Below, in pieces: positions 23,101 through 41,133 of a DNA stretch of 64,000 nucleotides. The position numbers and the translations under genes were made by a program. The stretch covers positions 930,001 to 994,000 of the forward strand of contig NW_020846063.1 in assembly GCF_003704095.1 (NCBI RefSeq), written 5' to 3'. The notes beneath the pieces are model-generated. The model searched no databases. It saw only the letters and a list, made by a program, of their open reading frames with translations, and was not told where the DNA came from. Positions within the stretch are counted from its first letter, which is position 1, and the number at the start of each line of letters is the position of its first letter. This DNA comes from Pocillopora damicornis (taxonomy: Eukaryota).

Positions 23101-26100
23101 AACAGCCATTTACTGTAATTTGACACATACCTTGAATGTTGAAAATGCATCAGAGGCAATGTCAAATGTTGACATTTCGACATATTCAAAGAACCTATAG
23201 AACCTTTGATCATCTAGCACAGCTCTGGCTAAGGGCTCATATTTGATGCATTCCCTGAGCATAATCCCATCGTTTAAAGCCACTTCCTGGCTTCTATAAC
23301 TGAAACAGTAGAAAGAAAAAAATCAAGATTAGTGAAATCAGAATGGTGAAAAACAGACAGGCATTAATATAACTTATGAGTAAGAATTAATTATTAATTA
23401 AAGAGATCACTAAACATTTGATCACAAACTTACCCTCCGATAAGGAGAAAAAGTATCTCTCTATTGTCCACAATGTACTCCACAGTTGGACTTCGAGTTC
23501 CAATTTGTCTTCTGAGAACACTGTTAAATATTTGAGCCACATCTTTCTTGCTCTAAATGGAAAGCAAGCTAATTACTAGACAGTATCACAATAGATAAAC
23601 AGTTTTAACAATATGTTGGCAGTCAATTGATAGAGCACATGAGGGTAGTCTTGTAAAGGGGTTTTCAATTAAATGATGGCATAAGCAAAATGTATCATCA
23701 GAGGCTGGGGGGAATTTTTCTTTTGTTTGTTTCAGTTTATGTACTCTAAAAATTTATTCAATAAGAAGCAGAAGAGGAATGGTGTTATAGCTTTTGGCAT
23801 GATCTCATCAGCTGGTAAGTTTACCAAAATAAGTTTGTCAGTAGTAATTATTCAGAGAGTAACTAGTAGCTAATTTATCCTTGCAATATCATCTCTGAAT
23901 CAAACTTTAAAGCCACGAAAATAAAGGAGTTGAGCACCAACTAAAGAGGCAAATGCATAGAGAACAGTATGGAAAATATGCACACTTATATTAGGATTAA
24001 AGGCTTCAAAAAATTGATTGATATCATTGACAGATAGATGAGCGATGCTATATCTCTCTGTTCCACTCTTCACTTGCATTGATGGTAGGTGCTGATAATG
24101 CATGCTAGATGCTCTTGTGTAAAGAAAGAGAAGAAGAAGGGCAAAATCAAGTTATTGTAGAATGATGATAAAGCTCCATGCAACCCTTGATAAATTTCCA
24201 AACACATTATATATTACACCATCAGATATGATTCACAAAACTACCACTTCTACCACTTTTTCATAAGAGAAGTCATGTCACTGTATTCTGAGAAGGGAAT
24301 TGCCTTGAAGGAGACAAAATTTTTCTTAAAAATTCTTCCCATTAATTCATTCGTAGCAATTCAAAAACCATGACATTACAAGCACAGAAACTCATAAAGT
24401 AGATAACACACAACAGGAAATTTAGTCAAAAATTTAATAATAATAAATAAAAAATACATCACCTCAAAATCTAGTTTGTGTAGGTGTTGTATTAGGGTCT
24501 TGAAGAGATCACAATTGTATATCTCTTGTGCGAGCTGGGCCACATGTTCAGTCACTGGACCTTGGTCTGAGAAAAGATTCCATATTTTCTTTGTTACTAA
24601 TTACTTTTATTAGAAGTATTTCCTTCTTTTTGCAAGTAGAAAGCAGAAAAAAAAGTATGGAAGTAGACAGCAGTTAAGACAACAAGCTCGGACAAAGATT
24701 ACAGAGACTGCTGGCTTATTTTAAGGCTAATGCCAACCTATGAGGAACCATTGGCAAGAATGGAAATACCTCCAGACCCATACAAAATTGTCTTCATAGC
24801 ACTTAGCGTCTTAGCAAGTTCTTCAAGTGCCTGAAAATAATCATTAACATTTCAATTTTTATTTGGTGACATAAACAATTAAACATAGACACTTAAGTAA
24901 AAATAACAAGGATAAGCAAGGTTATGTTTCACATTCAAGTAAACCTGATTGTAGGGTGGTACATGTTGGCAAAGTCAACAAAACTGTATGCTTCTTTTGT
25001 AAAAATGTCCCACAGTGAAAAGAAGTCATTAAGATATCTCTTCCAGACCAAAGGGTAGAGGGGCTAGCCATTAACAGTTGTTTTTCTAGGTCTGCCATTT
25101 CTCTCTCTTGTAGATAATCACCATGATAATATGCAAAAACATGGTGCCCATTTCAGTTTGAGTAAGGCAGATTTCTTTAAAACAAGATGTTGGTTCTAAA
25201 AGGTCGTGGAAGTAGAATGATAGAATGATAGGATGAAGAAAGTAGCGAATTCGGCACATAAGTAGTGAACATGAAGCAAACGTGAATGTAGCATACTTGA
25301 CAAGTAGCAAAACTGGCTGTTACTGTTTGTTAAATTCCCAACCCCAGGGCAAAAATTTTGTTCAAATACCCCACCCAATTTATTTGTAAAAGGCAAATCA
25401 GTGACTGTGACTTGATACACATTGAACAAGCTCTAAAACCTAGACCTTAAAAACCTTGTAGACCAGCCAGGCACGGTTCAGATTGCCCACCCAATGTTGA
25501 AGCTTTATATTGATCAACACATAAGAGATAAGATCCCTAAAATCAATATATTCACTCAATTTAATTACAATAACCCATAATTTGTGCTTTTCTGCTTTTC
25601 CTTGACCTTGATGAAAAATGAATGGCTGTAATGTTGTTTGCCAGTAATATCTTGCAGCCAAGTTGTTTGTATGTCATATCATAACATGCCTAATGACGAA
25701 GGCAATGGGGGGGAATTTCTAAAGAAACTGTACTGCTGCATCAGCGAGGGGTATTTCAAGACAATTTGGTGTTATCAACTGAGTTCCTACTATAGATTGG
25801 CCACTGTAAAGAGTTTCTAAAGTTAATGTTTCAAGCATTACCCCTTTGTCAGAGCACATGATGAAGGGATAACGCTAAACATCAGCTTTAGGAATTAATT
25901 ATGGTGGCCAATTTACATTTAACCCTTTAACTCCCAGATCAAATTTGTAATTCTCCTTACTGTCAACTATACGATTCTTTTAATGTTAGTTCAGAGTATT
26001 TAGTATTGGATCAAGTAATTATCCCCAAATTGATATTCTTCTTTATTCTCACCACTGATCTGGTTGATATTGTATTGATAATGCAAGGAGAAATTCTGTC

Positions 26101-26357
26101 TTGGTCACTCATGGGAGTTAAAAGGTTAATTTATCAACTCAATTGATAAAACCAAATTATCTTGTAATGACTGAGTCAGAAAATATTTGGCTCTCTCCCA
26201 GTCAATAAGTACATGTATCCTCTTATATCATAAGAAGATAACTCACCTTGTCATATTTTCTGCTTCCAGTGGACTCATTTTCGATAACTTGTAAGTCATC
26301 ATTAGCAATCTTTATAAGTTCTGCAGGACTCTTTTTGGATGAGCCAAATAAAGGCAT
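20101..26357 (-). CDS. CAB39: Calcium-binding protein 39 / MO25
   Basis: Starts [13 protein letters not shown]. Internal peptides [79 protein letters not shown]. Ends [18 protein letters not shown]. About 10 coding exons with GT-AG introns. Probable 5'UTR exon with a donor near 27640. Confidence 0.96.
20779..20909. mobile_element. TTAA-flanked MITE, internally deleted copy
   Basis: TTAACCCTTT...AAAGGGTTAA; 5' part matches the 36553 copy. Confidence 0.75.
22755..22957. mobile_element. TTAA-type MITE, degenerate ends
   Basis: Internal CCAAGACAGAATTTCTCCTTACAATA...TGGGAG matches the 48762 copy. Confidence 0.7.
25765..26165. repeat. Palindromic hammerhead-bearing repeat (degenerate), interrupted by a MITE
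   Basis: TTTGGTGTTATCAACTGAG...TTGGCCAC on the left mirrors GTGGCCAATTTACAT|MITE|TTATCAACTCAATTGATAAAACCAAA on the right. The centre holds two decayed, opposed CTGA/GAAAC cores. Confidence 0.65.
25919..26129. mobile_element. ~210-bp piggyBac-type MITE
   Basis: TTAA-CCCTTTAACTCCCA ... TGGGAGTTAAAAGG-TTAA. Closely matches the reverse complement of 48762-48972. Confidence 0.85.
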
Positions 26358-27639
26358 GATTCTACCAGAGTGTTGATCTCAGTCCCTGTATAAAGTTAAC
26401 TTTTTCAAATCTACCTTTGCCTTTCAGGAGAATGTTGTAAAAGGTATCACAGATTATGCATGGGTTCATGTGCAACTGTAATCATCATTAAAACTTTTGA
26501 AAATTGCTATGATTTTTGTTCTTTGAATAGGCCACTGACATACAGGAGGATGACTTAGCATCAATAATAATTGGTATCTCTGATCAATTCACATACTGTA
26601 AATCATAGGCAAGACAGTTGTAGTCAAATGAAGCTTGGAATAAACAATTAATAAGGCTTTAAAAAATGCTATTTGCAAGATCAAATGCTCAGACTCTGAA
26701 CCTCACAGTTTGTTTCGTAGAAGGATGCCTGAAAAAAATTCCCTTCTTGTAAGAAATTGACTTTGAATGTCTAAAAGGCCTGATGATACTTCAAAATAGA
26801 AATCAACTAAGGTTGTTCCTGAAGCCCTGATTTCTTGATGCCTCTTTAAAAAAAATGTATTCTCTATAAAAAAAAAAGGCACTTTATAGAAGAAATGCCT
26901 AGCCACAATCATAGTATTTTTAGGTCAATTTTCATAAAGCTAGTGTTTGTGTTAGACAACCCCTCATTACAGATCTGCATATACTGTCTCACATGTTTAT
27001 TTACTAAAGCCTTGAAAATATAGGAATCAAGAGCTGCATTAAAAAAAATGTATTTAAGGTTTTAAAACTAAGCTTGAAGATCAATTCATTTAAAACTGCC
27101 AAATCAGAGACACGATTCTTTTTAAGCTTATTAAGGAAATATGTCAAATTATTCGCTACACATCAATGCACTACACAGTTTAAAAATCGGTCGGCAGAAT
27201 ATTCTCATTTTTACACGACATATTGAATGATAAGAATGATCTGAAAGGTATTCCAATAAGTAAGTAACCTGTGTATGGACAAACCCTACCCCTAATTGCA
27301 ACCTGTAAGGTAGCGACGAGTAGATTTCAAAGCGCTGAAGAACTCGGTTGCATGGATTAAATAACTTTCACTCTTCTGGTGCTTTACGTGCGTACGTCAC
27401 CCATGCATTTAATTTCAAGATACAGAATGATTTCTTCAAACTTGTACAATTACATTAACTTGCAAGCCCAGAAACTGATCCAAACAGAGAAAATTAACGG
27501 CTTTTAAGCAACAGAAATTTCGTAATTGCAAATTGAAGGTGAAAGACTCAAGAATTTCATGAGCATCTAGTTTTGATATGATCAGGAAGAATGCGGATTT
27601 TTTAATGCAAGTAGCTAATTACATGAAAGATATTTCTCA

Positions 27640-27862
27640 CCTAAATTGCTGGCAATTACTTCTGCTTTGTACGATCAACTTTCGATTCGATGAAAGGTAG
27701 AAAAAAAACACCAGAAAGGACTGTTTTCAATGTGCTCTCCTGTTCAAGTCAACGGAAACGACTTACCAGCATCGATCGGTCCAGTTTTCACGGTCAAAAT
27801 GGCGCTTGACACATATGTCATCTTCAGATGGTCGTACATGACATGCAAACTGACTCTGTATC
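27640..27862. promoter_or_regulatory. Probable bidirectional promoter CAB39 / EBP-like
   Basis: Head-to-head genes. CAB39 5'UTR donor at ~27640 and EBP-like ATG at 27863. YY1-like AAAATGGCG at 27796-27804. Confidence 0.5.
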
Positions 27863-29963
<2,101 letters not shown>

Positions 29964-30379
29964 AAGCCTATAATTTGGCAGTCACACCATAGGTCAGCAT
30001 TATTTAGCATTGGCTAGCTACAAGCATAACTCATTACATGCAATGTTTCCTATCTCTGCTAGCTTCTATTGTGCACCTGAAATGCTTTCCAATGGCCAGT
30101 CAGTTCTTCTCAATAAGCAGCTAATCCTTTCTTTTTAAGTCTTAAGTTTGTAATCATAGTCTACAGAAAAGATTTTGTGGAGTTTCAGTGTGCACAGGAT
30201 CACAAAACGTTTTTTTAAAAAAATGTTTGCTGCTGAAGAAATGAGAGTAAGTTGTAAGTACAGTAACTTTTGAAATGGAAATCAGCTGTACATGTACATC
30301 ATTATCATATTTTTTTAAGAAAAATTCAACAATTTAGGCACCAAAATTGATTCTTAATCTTGGAGAGGAGGCATTTTCT

Positions 30380-33300
30380 TCAAGATGAACATTTTAATGT
30401 AGTTAGCAGACCATCAATTTCACATATGGCCTCACTTGTCTGTTCCAGAACTCTCCTGATTATAGTTTCCCTGTCACCTTGGCCTGAGCCTGGCTCAGTG
30501 CTGTCATTCTCAGTAGCATCCTGGTTAGAATCAACAGAAAACTGAAAATTAGATACCCTGTACTGTACATTGTTAACAATAAGAGTCACTAGGAAACTAG
30601 ATTTAATCAGTCCTTGGTCTGGAACCTTTCTGATTAAATGATTTTTTTTAATCATTGTCTTCACCTGAATATCCTGAAACTTTTTTCCCACCAAATGTTC
30701 CACATGATTTTGATTATGAACATCTGAAGTACAGTTCAATCACTAAGTTAAGGATTGTAAGTAAAAATAATTGCAAACTCCAATAAATCATATCAAAACA
30801 TACCTGTGAATGAAGTGTCCTCACTGGTTACTGAACATGAAATAAATTTACTAGATAATAGTGGTGATCATTTTTATTAAGATGGTGAATTATTGTCTTG
30901 AGTTATCAACTATTGCAGGGTTCAGTTATTTTCAAGAGAGATGACACCAAGGATACAATTGAATGTCTTAATTTTTCCCATTTCAATGTCAACGGCCCTG
31001 TGGAATATAACAAAATGTTACACTTTTTCAAAGCTTGCTAGTGCCATAGAGACATGTAATATTTCCCAAATCTGCTTCTTGATCTAGGTGTGTAAATTGT
31101 GATGCTCAGTGCTTTTTATGGTCAAAGTTTCAGGAGTCTTATTCACCTTCTTCTCTCAGGGTCCCATATTGTGTCTTTGTAAAAGGTTCTCCTTTGTGAG
31201 GGTGTAGCAGCTACCCACTCTGCCCAATGCAGAGCCATTTCTGTATACCTGGACAAGAACAACATCAACTTAAGCACTAAACAGGTCATGGCTAACACAA
31301 ATTCAACTTGTTTCAGCATCCTCACAGAAAGTCTTAGCACAGGACAGCATTTTCTCAACCTTTTCACTCCCAAAAGTGATGAACATGTCACTTCTCCCAA
31401 TAATATCCATTACATTAACCAGTAAACAAGTAATGAGAATACTCAAACTCACCAGGTAGAGGTTTTTATTTTGATCTTAGTCTAAATTCTTGTAACTAAT
31501 TTACAAGGAAATTTTTAGTAGCTAGAAGGGAGAATTAACAATCTAACACTGGGAATTTAAGGGTTAAGGGTGGGTTAATGCTATGTAGATTAAACTTAGA
31601 TCTACATGTAACATGGCCAAGTGTGTATATATTATACTAAGTTTGGGTTGGCTTTATTGCCCCACAGGGAATTTTGGGCATTTACAACCTCACTATGAAC
31701 TCTCTAATCCCAAAGAGTGACTAGCATCTAATTTCTCCTTACAATATCACCCCCAAATCACACATTCAGGTTGTGAGAATAAAGGAAAAGGTCACCAACT
31801 AAAGAAGCTCTGGATTATCAAACGAATTCTCCTCCTCAGCAACTTAGCGAATGTATAGAAAACCAGTATGGAGTATATGTATATCAATGAAAGGGTGGAA
31901 AGGGTTAATGTCAGATTATTTCATTTTCATTTCTTTTGAGGTTCTCAATAAAATGAGAAGCAGGCAACTGTAACAAATGGAAAGATAAGGGTAAAGCAAG
32001 GAAAGCATAAAATATTGGGGCTCTAGGTTTCAAAGTATGTATTGATTAATCAAGCGCTATCTTCTACTGAGACCACTTTGTACTACATTGGATATTCTAA
32101 CATCGTTAAGTTACCCATGGATAATATAACTTTGTCCAGAAATAAACATTTTTTATTTGGTTTCCCTTTTACAACACTGTACCTTTTGTAAAAACCACAC
32201 TGCTCCACATCATTCAGTTTAAACTGCTGAACATTCCCATTTGAAAGAACTAGCTGACACCAACGGTTCTGCAAATCATTTTTCTTGTGGTCACTTGAAT
32301 TCCTTACATCCAGGATTGTCCTGTCATTAAACACAACACTGATGTGTCCATTTGAGTAAGCCTTGAATCTCCCTGTGCCCGGAACATCTGCAGCATCCAC
32401 AAGATGTACTGGACAAGATGGCTTGGATAAAACAGTTGTAGATTTGGATGTCTGCCATGGATTAAAAGTCATGTGGTGTATCAATAGTTGTTACAATTAA
32501 TTAACATTTGTGAATAGGTTGAATGGTGAATCAGCATTTTATACATTGAATTTTGCATCACTTCCTCAAAAGCCCACTAATGGCTTATGTATGAAGTATA
32601 TTATACTCTTAGGGTGAAATTACACATCAGATAGCTCTTACTACTGAAACCTCAGAGGTTTCTCATATTACCTTGTTAAATTTGTGAATGTTACATCCAG
32701 GTTAGCCTAATCTTACTGCTGTGGTTTCTCTCATTGCTGTATTAAATTTGTGAATGGTACATCTGGGTTAGCTTTTTTTCACTCTCGTAGTAAGTTACAA
32801 GATGAAAGGGGTTGTGCCAAATAATGAATAGAAACCCACATCAAGATTAAAGATGTTCAAATTTAAGTGATATGTAATACATACAAGTATATAAATGTTA
32901 TTACTGAAGTATTTTAATATCAAAATAAAAGTAATTGATTAATTAATTCAAGATTCACTATAAAATATTAATCCTAATTAATGAAGTAAACCACACCTCT
33001 TTCCAGCAGCAGCATTCTTCTCCTTGATACCCTGCATTCTTGAGGAATTCCATATATCTGACAAAACATAACATGGCTAGTTTTTGCACTGTACAAACAA
33101 TACTATAGTTCACTAAACAGAACAAATAAGACAGACAGTACAATAGACTGCGATGATGCAGAAAAATTACATTTAAGTCATGTTTGAGTGCTTTTAAAAA
33201 AGCTGCACCTCGTGGCCTGTTTCAAAAGACGACCAATGGAATATTCTGTCCTTTGCAGTAATCTGTGTGGAAGAGGTTTATCAGCAGAGTAAACTCGTTC

Positions 33301-35413
33301 TTGAATCTCAACTTCCTGTAAGCCAGTTTGTTCATTATTATGAACAAACCAGTGATCAAAATATCTTCCATTGGGTCGTTGTGACCTCATAACAGAGCCA
33401 TCCACTGGGTGAATCTCCATGGTGAACAAGCCAGGTGACTGACAAAAAACTCTGCAACCACGATTACAACCAATTTCATTAAAGAGTAACTTGAACATTT
33501 TAACAATGAAAGACTAGCAAGCTAACAAACGTTAGAATACGTAGTATTTATCATTAGAAGAGCTGGCAGCTGGAAAACTTTAGAACTGAAACACACCTAT
33601 AAGTAACTCCATCTTTCCAAATAACTTTTGGCTTCCAGAGGAACTCCCAGTTCAGGCAGCTATCATCATGTGGCATCTGGTGAGAGTTTAAAGTAAAAAC
33701 TTATTCATCATGGGGAATGTAGATGAATAATAATCAAGAAAAAGGAATTTCTAACACCACTTTAATACTTGTGACATTGGCAAAGTGAAGAAGTGTCAGG
33801 AAAATAAGGGAATGCAGTTGAGAGGTAAAACATCAGTACTAACTGATACTGTGTCTGCGTGTATTACAGTTTGTTAACTAAATGAAGCAAAATGAATTAA
33901 GTTTAGATGACCAATGAGGTAACACCTGAGTGTTCCATGTGTGAAGATGAGAAGCACTACATGTGACAGGCAGAGACACTGGCAAAGTTGTTTCTTTGTG
34001 CAGGGAGCAGGAAGGATCTTTGGCTTTGTTGTTGACTGCATCAAGAACAAGTTGGAGAGGATATTTCCATGCCTCAGGATAGGAAAATACTGAATGAATT
34101 TTTTTGTGCAAAGCAAAATAATGCTTCTGACATTGCATCTCTGAGACTTTGTTTCCCATCATCTATCAAGTAAGAGAAGAAAAATGAAGCATGGAAACAG
34201 TGACTCTAGAAAGAGTAACATCAATCAATGGCAAATTTCCTCTTGCGTAACACTGTCACATTGTATTGACAGCTCACTGGTACCCATTGAACCTGGGGAA
34301 GGGAGGCAGACAGGAAGATTGAAGGAACTAAACAGTATAGAGATGGTCTATTCTGCCTAGCAATGAAAAGTAAGCGGTGAACTTTAGTGCCGGCTCCCAT
34401 TACAGCTATAGAGAACCTTGTGTGAACTAGCCACTATACCCTCCTATTATCCATAATCTCTACAAATGTACATACCGTAAATCTCTTTGCTGTCCGTTGT
34501 ACATTTCATATACTGCTACCTTTGAGAATTTGATTTTAATTCAAATATTGTTCCCTAGTTAGTTTTTAATTCAAATATTGTTCCCTAGTTAGTTTTTTCT
34601 ATATTCTCGTCTCCTGTCTCTTTGAAATCTTTGAGGATGTACTTATATTGTAACGTGAAATAACTTGTTGATCACTGCTAGTAGTGAAAGGGTCCGTGAA
34701 CTATCGAGGAATACTGTACACGTTACCTTGGTTGAATCGTATCTAACTTCTGCAAGAAACTTAACAATAAACGTTTGTCTGTGAGGCATAAGAGTTAAGC
34801 TTGCCAGACCATCGACAGACATGACACACGCTGAACCATCTGACATTGTTGTAATAAAACACGAGGAAGGTTCGTCAGGCCAACAACACTGCGTGACATC
34901 TTTATAACCGATCTAGAGAATTTCAATTTTGTTAAATGAATAACACGTAAGAGCAATATATAGTCATGCAAACTACTACAGTACTAAGTAAACCTCCATC
35001 ATCTCGAATACTCGAAGATGATGTACAAGAGCTATAAATGAAACGGAGAAATCACAAAAATTGCCAAAATATGGGACATGGCTAAATGAATTCACTGCGA
35101 TCGTGGACCAACATACCTTAAGGTCCTGTGGATCTGTTAGTTCCTTACACAGGTATGGTCTAGCCGCAAACAAGTTACGAATCCTGATAGCCTCTTTTAT
35201 TTTCGATCGAAACGAGCTCACGGCAAATCTCGTCAGTTGACGAAACTGAGCAGAGCTACTCAAGGCTGTTTGACGATGAACAAACGCCGATCCACAAGAA
35301 GACAGTTCAATAGATGAGTCATCACTATACTTGATAAATAAACGATCGTTTTCGTACAGAACAATCAAATCAATTGAGCACATTTCACCACATCTTTTCA
35401 AATCTGCCGCCAT
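30380..35413 (-). CDS. C5orf34: C5orf34 homolog (uncharacterised conserved protein)
   Basis: N-terminus MAADL...LYENDRLFIKYSDDSSIELSSCGSAF...TRFAVSSFR..I.EAI.IRN..A.RPYL matches the C5orf34 pattern as I recall it. Later exons give WKYPLQL, GRFKAYSNGHISVVFNDRTIL, and C-terminal LEQTSEAICEIDGLL. Some internal exon borders are uncertain. Confidence 0.8.
31355..31567. mobile_element. TTAA-type MITE
   Basis: TCAACCTTTTCACTCCCA...TGGGAATTTAAGGGTTAA. Confidence 0.7.
31696..31908. mobile_element. TTAA-type MITE
   Basis: GAGTGACTAGCATCTAATTTCTCCTTACAAT...AAAGGGTTAA; reverse orientation of the 36553 subfamily. Confidence 0.75.
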
Positions 35414-35612
35414 TTTTTTGTTTTTCCAAAAAGCTAAGGCTCGGTTCCTCAGTTGGTGACGTCGTTTCGAGAAAGTACCGGCTACGCAAGCGCAGATTGC
35501 ATTCAAAATTTCTACGTGGCTTCGATTGGAGATAAATATAGTGTAATATTCGGTACAAAAATATCACTTCGCGGTTCTGTAGAGCACTGTTGATTCTATA
35601 CCTCACGCAGAC
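35414..35612. promoter_or_regulatory. Compact bidirectional promoter C5orf34 / RAB6
   Basis: The two ATGs are only 200 bp apart on opposite strands; the interval is locally CpG-rich. Confidence 0.7.
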
Positions 35613-38808
<3,196 letters not shown>

Positions 38809-39580
38809 TTATGTACCAAAAGCCAAGACTTTAGAGTGTCTTCTGTTGCAACTATTCTTCCTCCTTCTAAAGTTTGAGACAAACTAGACAGACTTTGCAG
38901 CTTCAATAATTTATTGTTGACTTCTAATAATGGGCTAATATTGCATGCTTTGTTGCAAAATTGTAGTTGCAAGGCTTCACTGTGTTTATTTTTGTTTTAA
39001 TTAAAAAAGCCTTGGTTTGAATTCTGCTAGTCAACAAGTAGTCCTTGCAGGAAATTGCATAGAATGGAAAATGAAGCAAAGTTTGTTTTTAATCATGGAA
39101 AGCCATGAATTCAAATAGCAGAGGCAATGGCATTCTTATTTAGGAAAAACAATAATCATTTTTTATCACAAGAACATAAAAAAGTTAATACACATGTATC
39201 AGTACAGATACATAAACACAAAACAAAGCTTTCACTTAGTTCAATTACCACTTTTTCAGTAAGAAATTTATAAAAGTTTTACAACTCTGAAAAAGCAAGT
39301 GATAAGTTTAATCCAAAGGGAGTTTCAATTTGCAGAACTGTTTTTTCTCAACCAAGCTTGTTTATTTAATGCTTAATTGACAAGCCTGATAACTCATTTA
39401 AACTGTTTTATGCACTTGGCATAATCAGTAATCAGTATTCAATGCTATTTGACTGTGAATCAGAGGTTTCAATTCAGTTTTTCTCAAGTTACCAACAGGG
39501 GTGGAATAGGTGACTGTTGCCACTAAACAAGACCATAGAAATCTAAAAAAATAAAATCTGAAGAGATGAAGTTAGGAGCC

Positions 39581-39793
39581 TTAAACTCTTTTACTCCAAA
39601 GATCTTATTAGTTATTCTCCTTACTGTCTGCCATACAATTTTTATGATGAAAGTTCTGGGAATTTGGTATTTGATCAACCAAGTATTCCATAGCTGATAT
39701 CTGTTTTTAATCTCGTCACTTGACTCCTTGATATTGTTTCGATCTTATAGGGAGAAATTCCATCTGGGTCACTCTTGGCAGTCAAAGGGTTAA
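39581..39793. mobile_element. TTAA-type MITE
   Basis: TTAAACTCTTTTACTCC...GTCAAAGGGTTAA; internal ATTCTCCTTACTGTC as in the 25919 copy. Confidence 0.75.
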
Positions 39794-41133
39794 GGTCATG
39801 TAAGCATTAGTATAACTGTTTAAAACTGTCTTCGTTGAAACCTTTCAGATAACAGTAACTTATTACCTTAATTCAGTATTTACGGTTGTAAAGAAAAAGA
39901 AAATATAATAACATCAAGGTCCAAACTGGCATTACTGCATGTGATTGTATTATTTGAACTTTGGGGCATAGTATTTCTTCTAGTTTGATCAAAAGATTAC
40001 TGATGTCAACCCTCCAAAAAAAATTTTGTACCCTGATAATTGATTTGAATAGTGTGACATAAGTAATTCTATTCTCAACATGTTTAGAAATGAGAAAAGA
40101 CACAAGGAAACCTTTGCTTGATTTGTTTGCCTAGTAGAATTGAGGAAAGGTGATGCATTTATGCTGATGGGTAGTTTTTAGATGAAAGTCACACTGCATG
40201 TCTGGCCTTTGCAAACTTCTGTTTGTTTATTTTCATCTTATTTTAAAAGGTACATACAAGTTATATGCAAAATAGCAAAGAAAAAAACTCAAAGTAAGAT
40301 ATCAACCAGTTCATCTGTTGCCACCAATATTCCTAGATTATGTTCAGTGACTGACATGTTTTTATGTTTTGAAATACTTCACCTGTGGTTCTTTTGTTGT
40401 TAATCTTTAGCCAGATAATTTTCATAATTATTATTGTTCAAACTTGTTTTATAGAATAAATTCTGTATAATTTTGTTCAAAAGAAATCACTCGTTTGTGA
40501 TCTTCGCGGATGTATGGCGCATTTTTAGTTTTATTTGTATTTGTTTTTTTTTTTTTTTCTCCTTCTGTTTCCTCCTATGCGTCATCAGGGCTTCTATGGA
40601 GAGGTACGCGGCATGCCTTGTTCACTTTTTTTCTTTGTAAACTTCTAGGTTGATCAGTTAAGATGTACCTACACTCTAAGAGGCATTTCGCGTGGGAGGA
40701 GAAAAAGTGCCATTCTGGAACACTTCCCTCCCCACTCCCTTTTCAATAGTCCTAAGAGTCAGAATTCTTAACCACGTCAGAAATGATACGTGATCAAAGG
40801 TGCCCAATTTTTGCCCAACAAGTCAGACAATAAAAACTTGACTGGGATTTCACGTTAGCTAACATGGAGGTGTCAATCAAACAGGTAGAGAGGTTATTAA
40901 TTATATTATTTGGCGGGTAATTCAAGAAAAACTAAAACAGGTGGCGACCAGTCGTGAAAACGAATGCGTTGTGACTAGCTTCAATGGATCTTTTTGTTTA
41001 GTCGCTGCTCTCAGATAGACGTGGCAGATAAAAGTACTGCTTCTTAACAAATGCACCAACGATCTATGATCTAAGAATCTTTTGGTCCTCAAGGGAGAAT
41101 ACTAAGTTTATTCATAACTGGAGGACAATTTGA

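Noticed and set aside
34535-34595. ~30-bp perfect tandem duplication (and a similar direct repeat at 32670-32775)
   Set aside because: Simple local slippage inside intronic or old repeat DNA.
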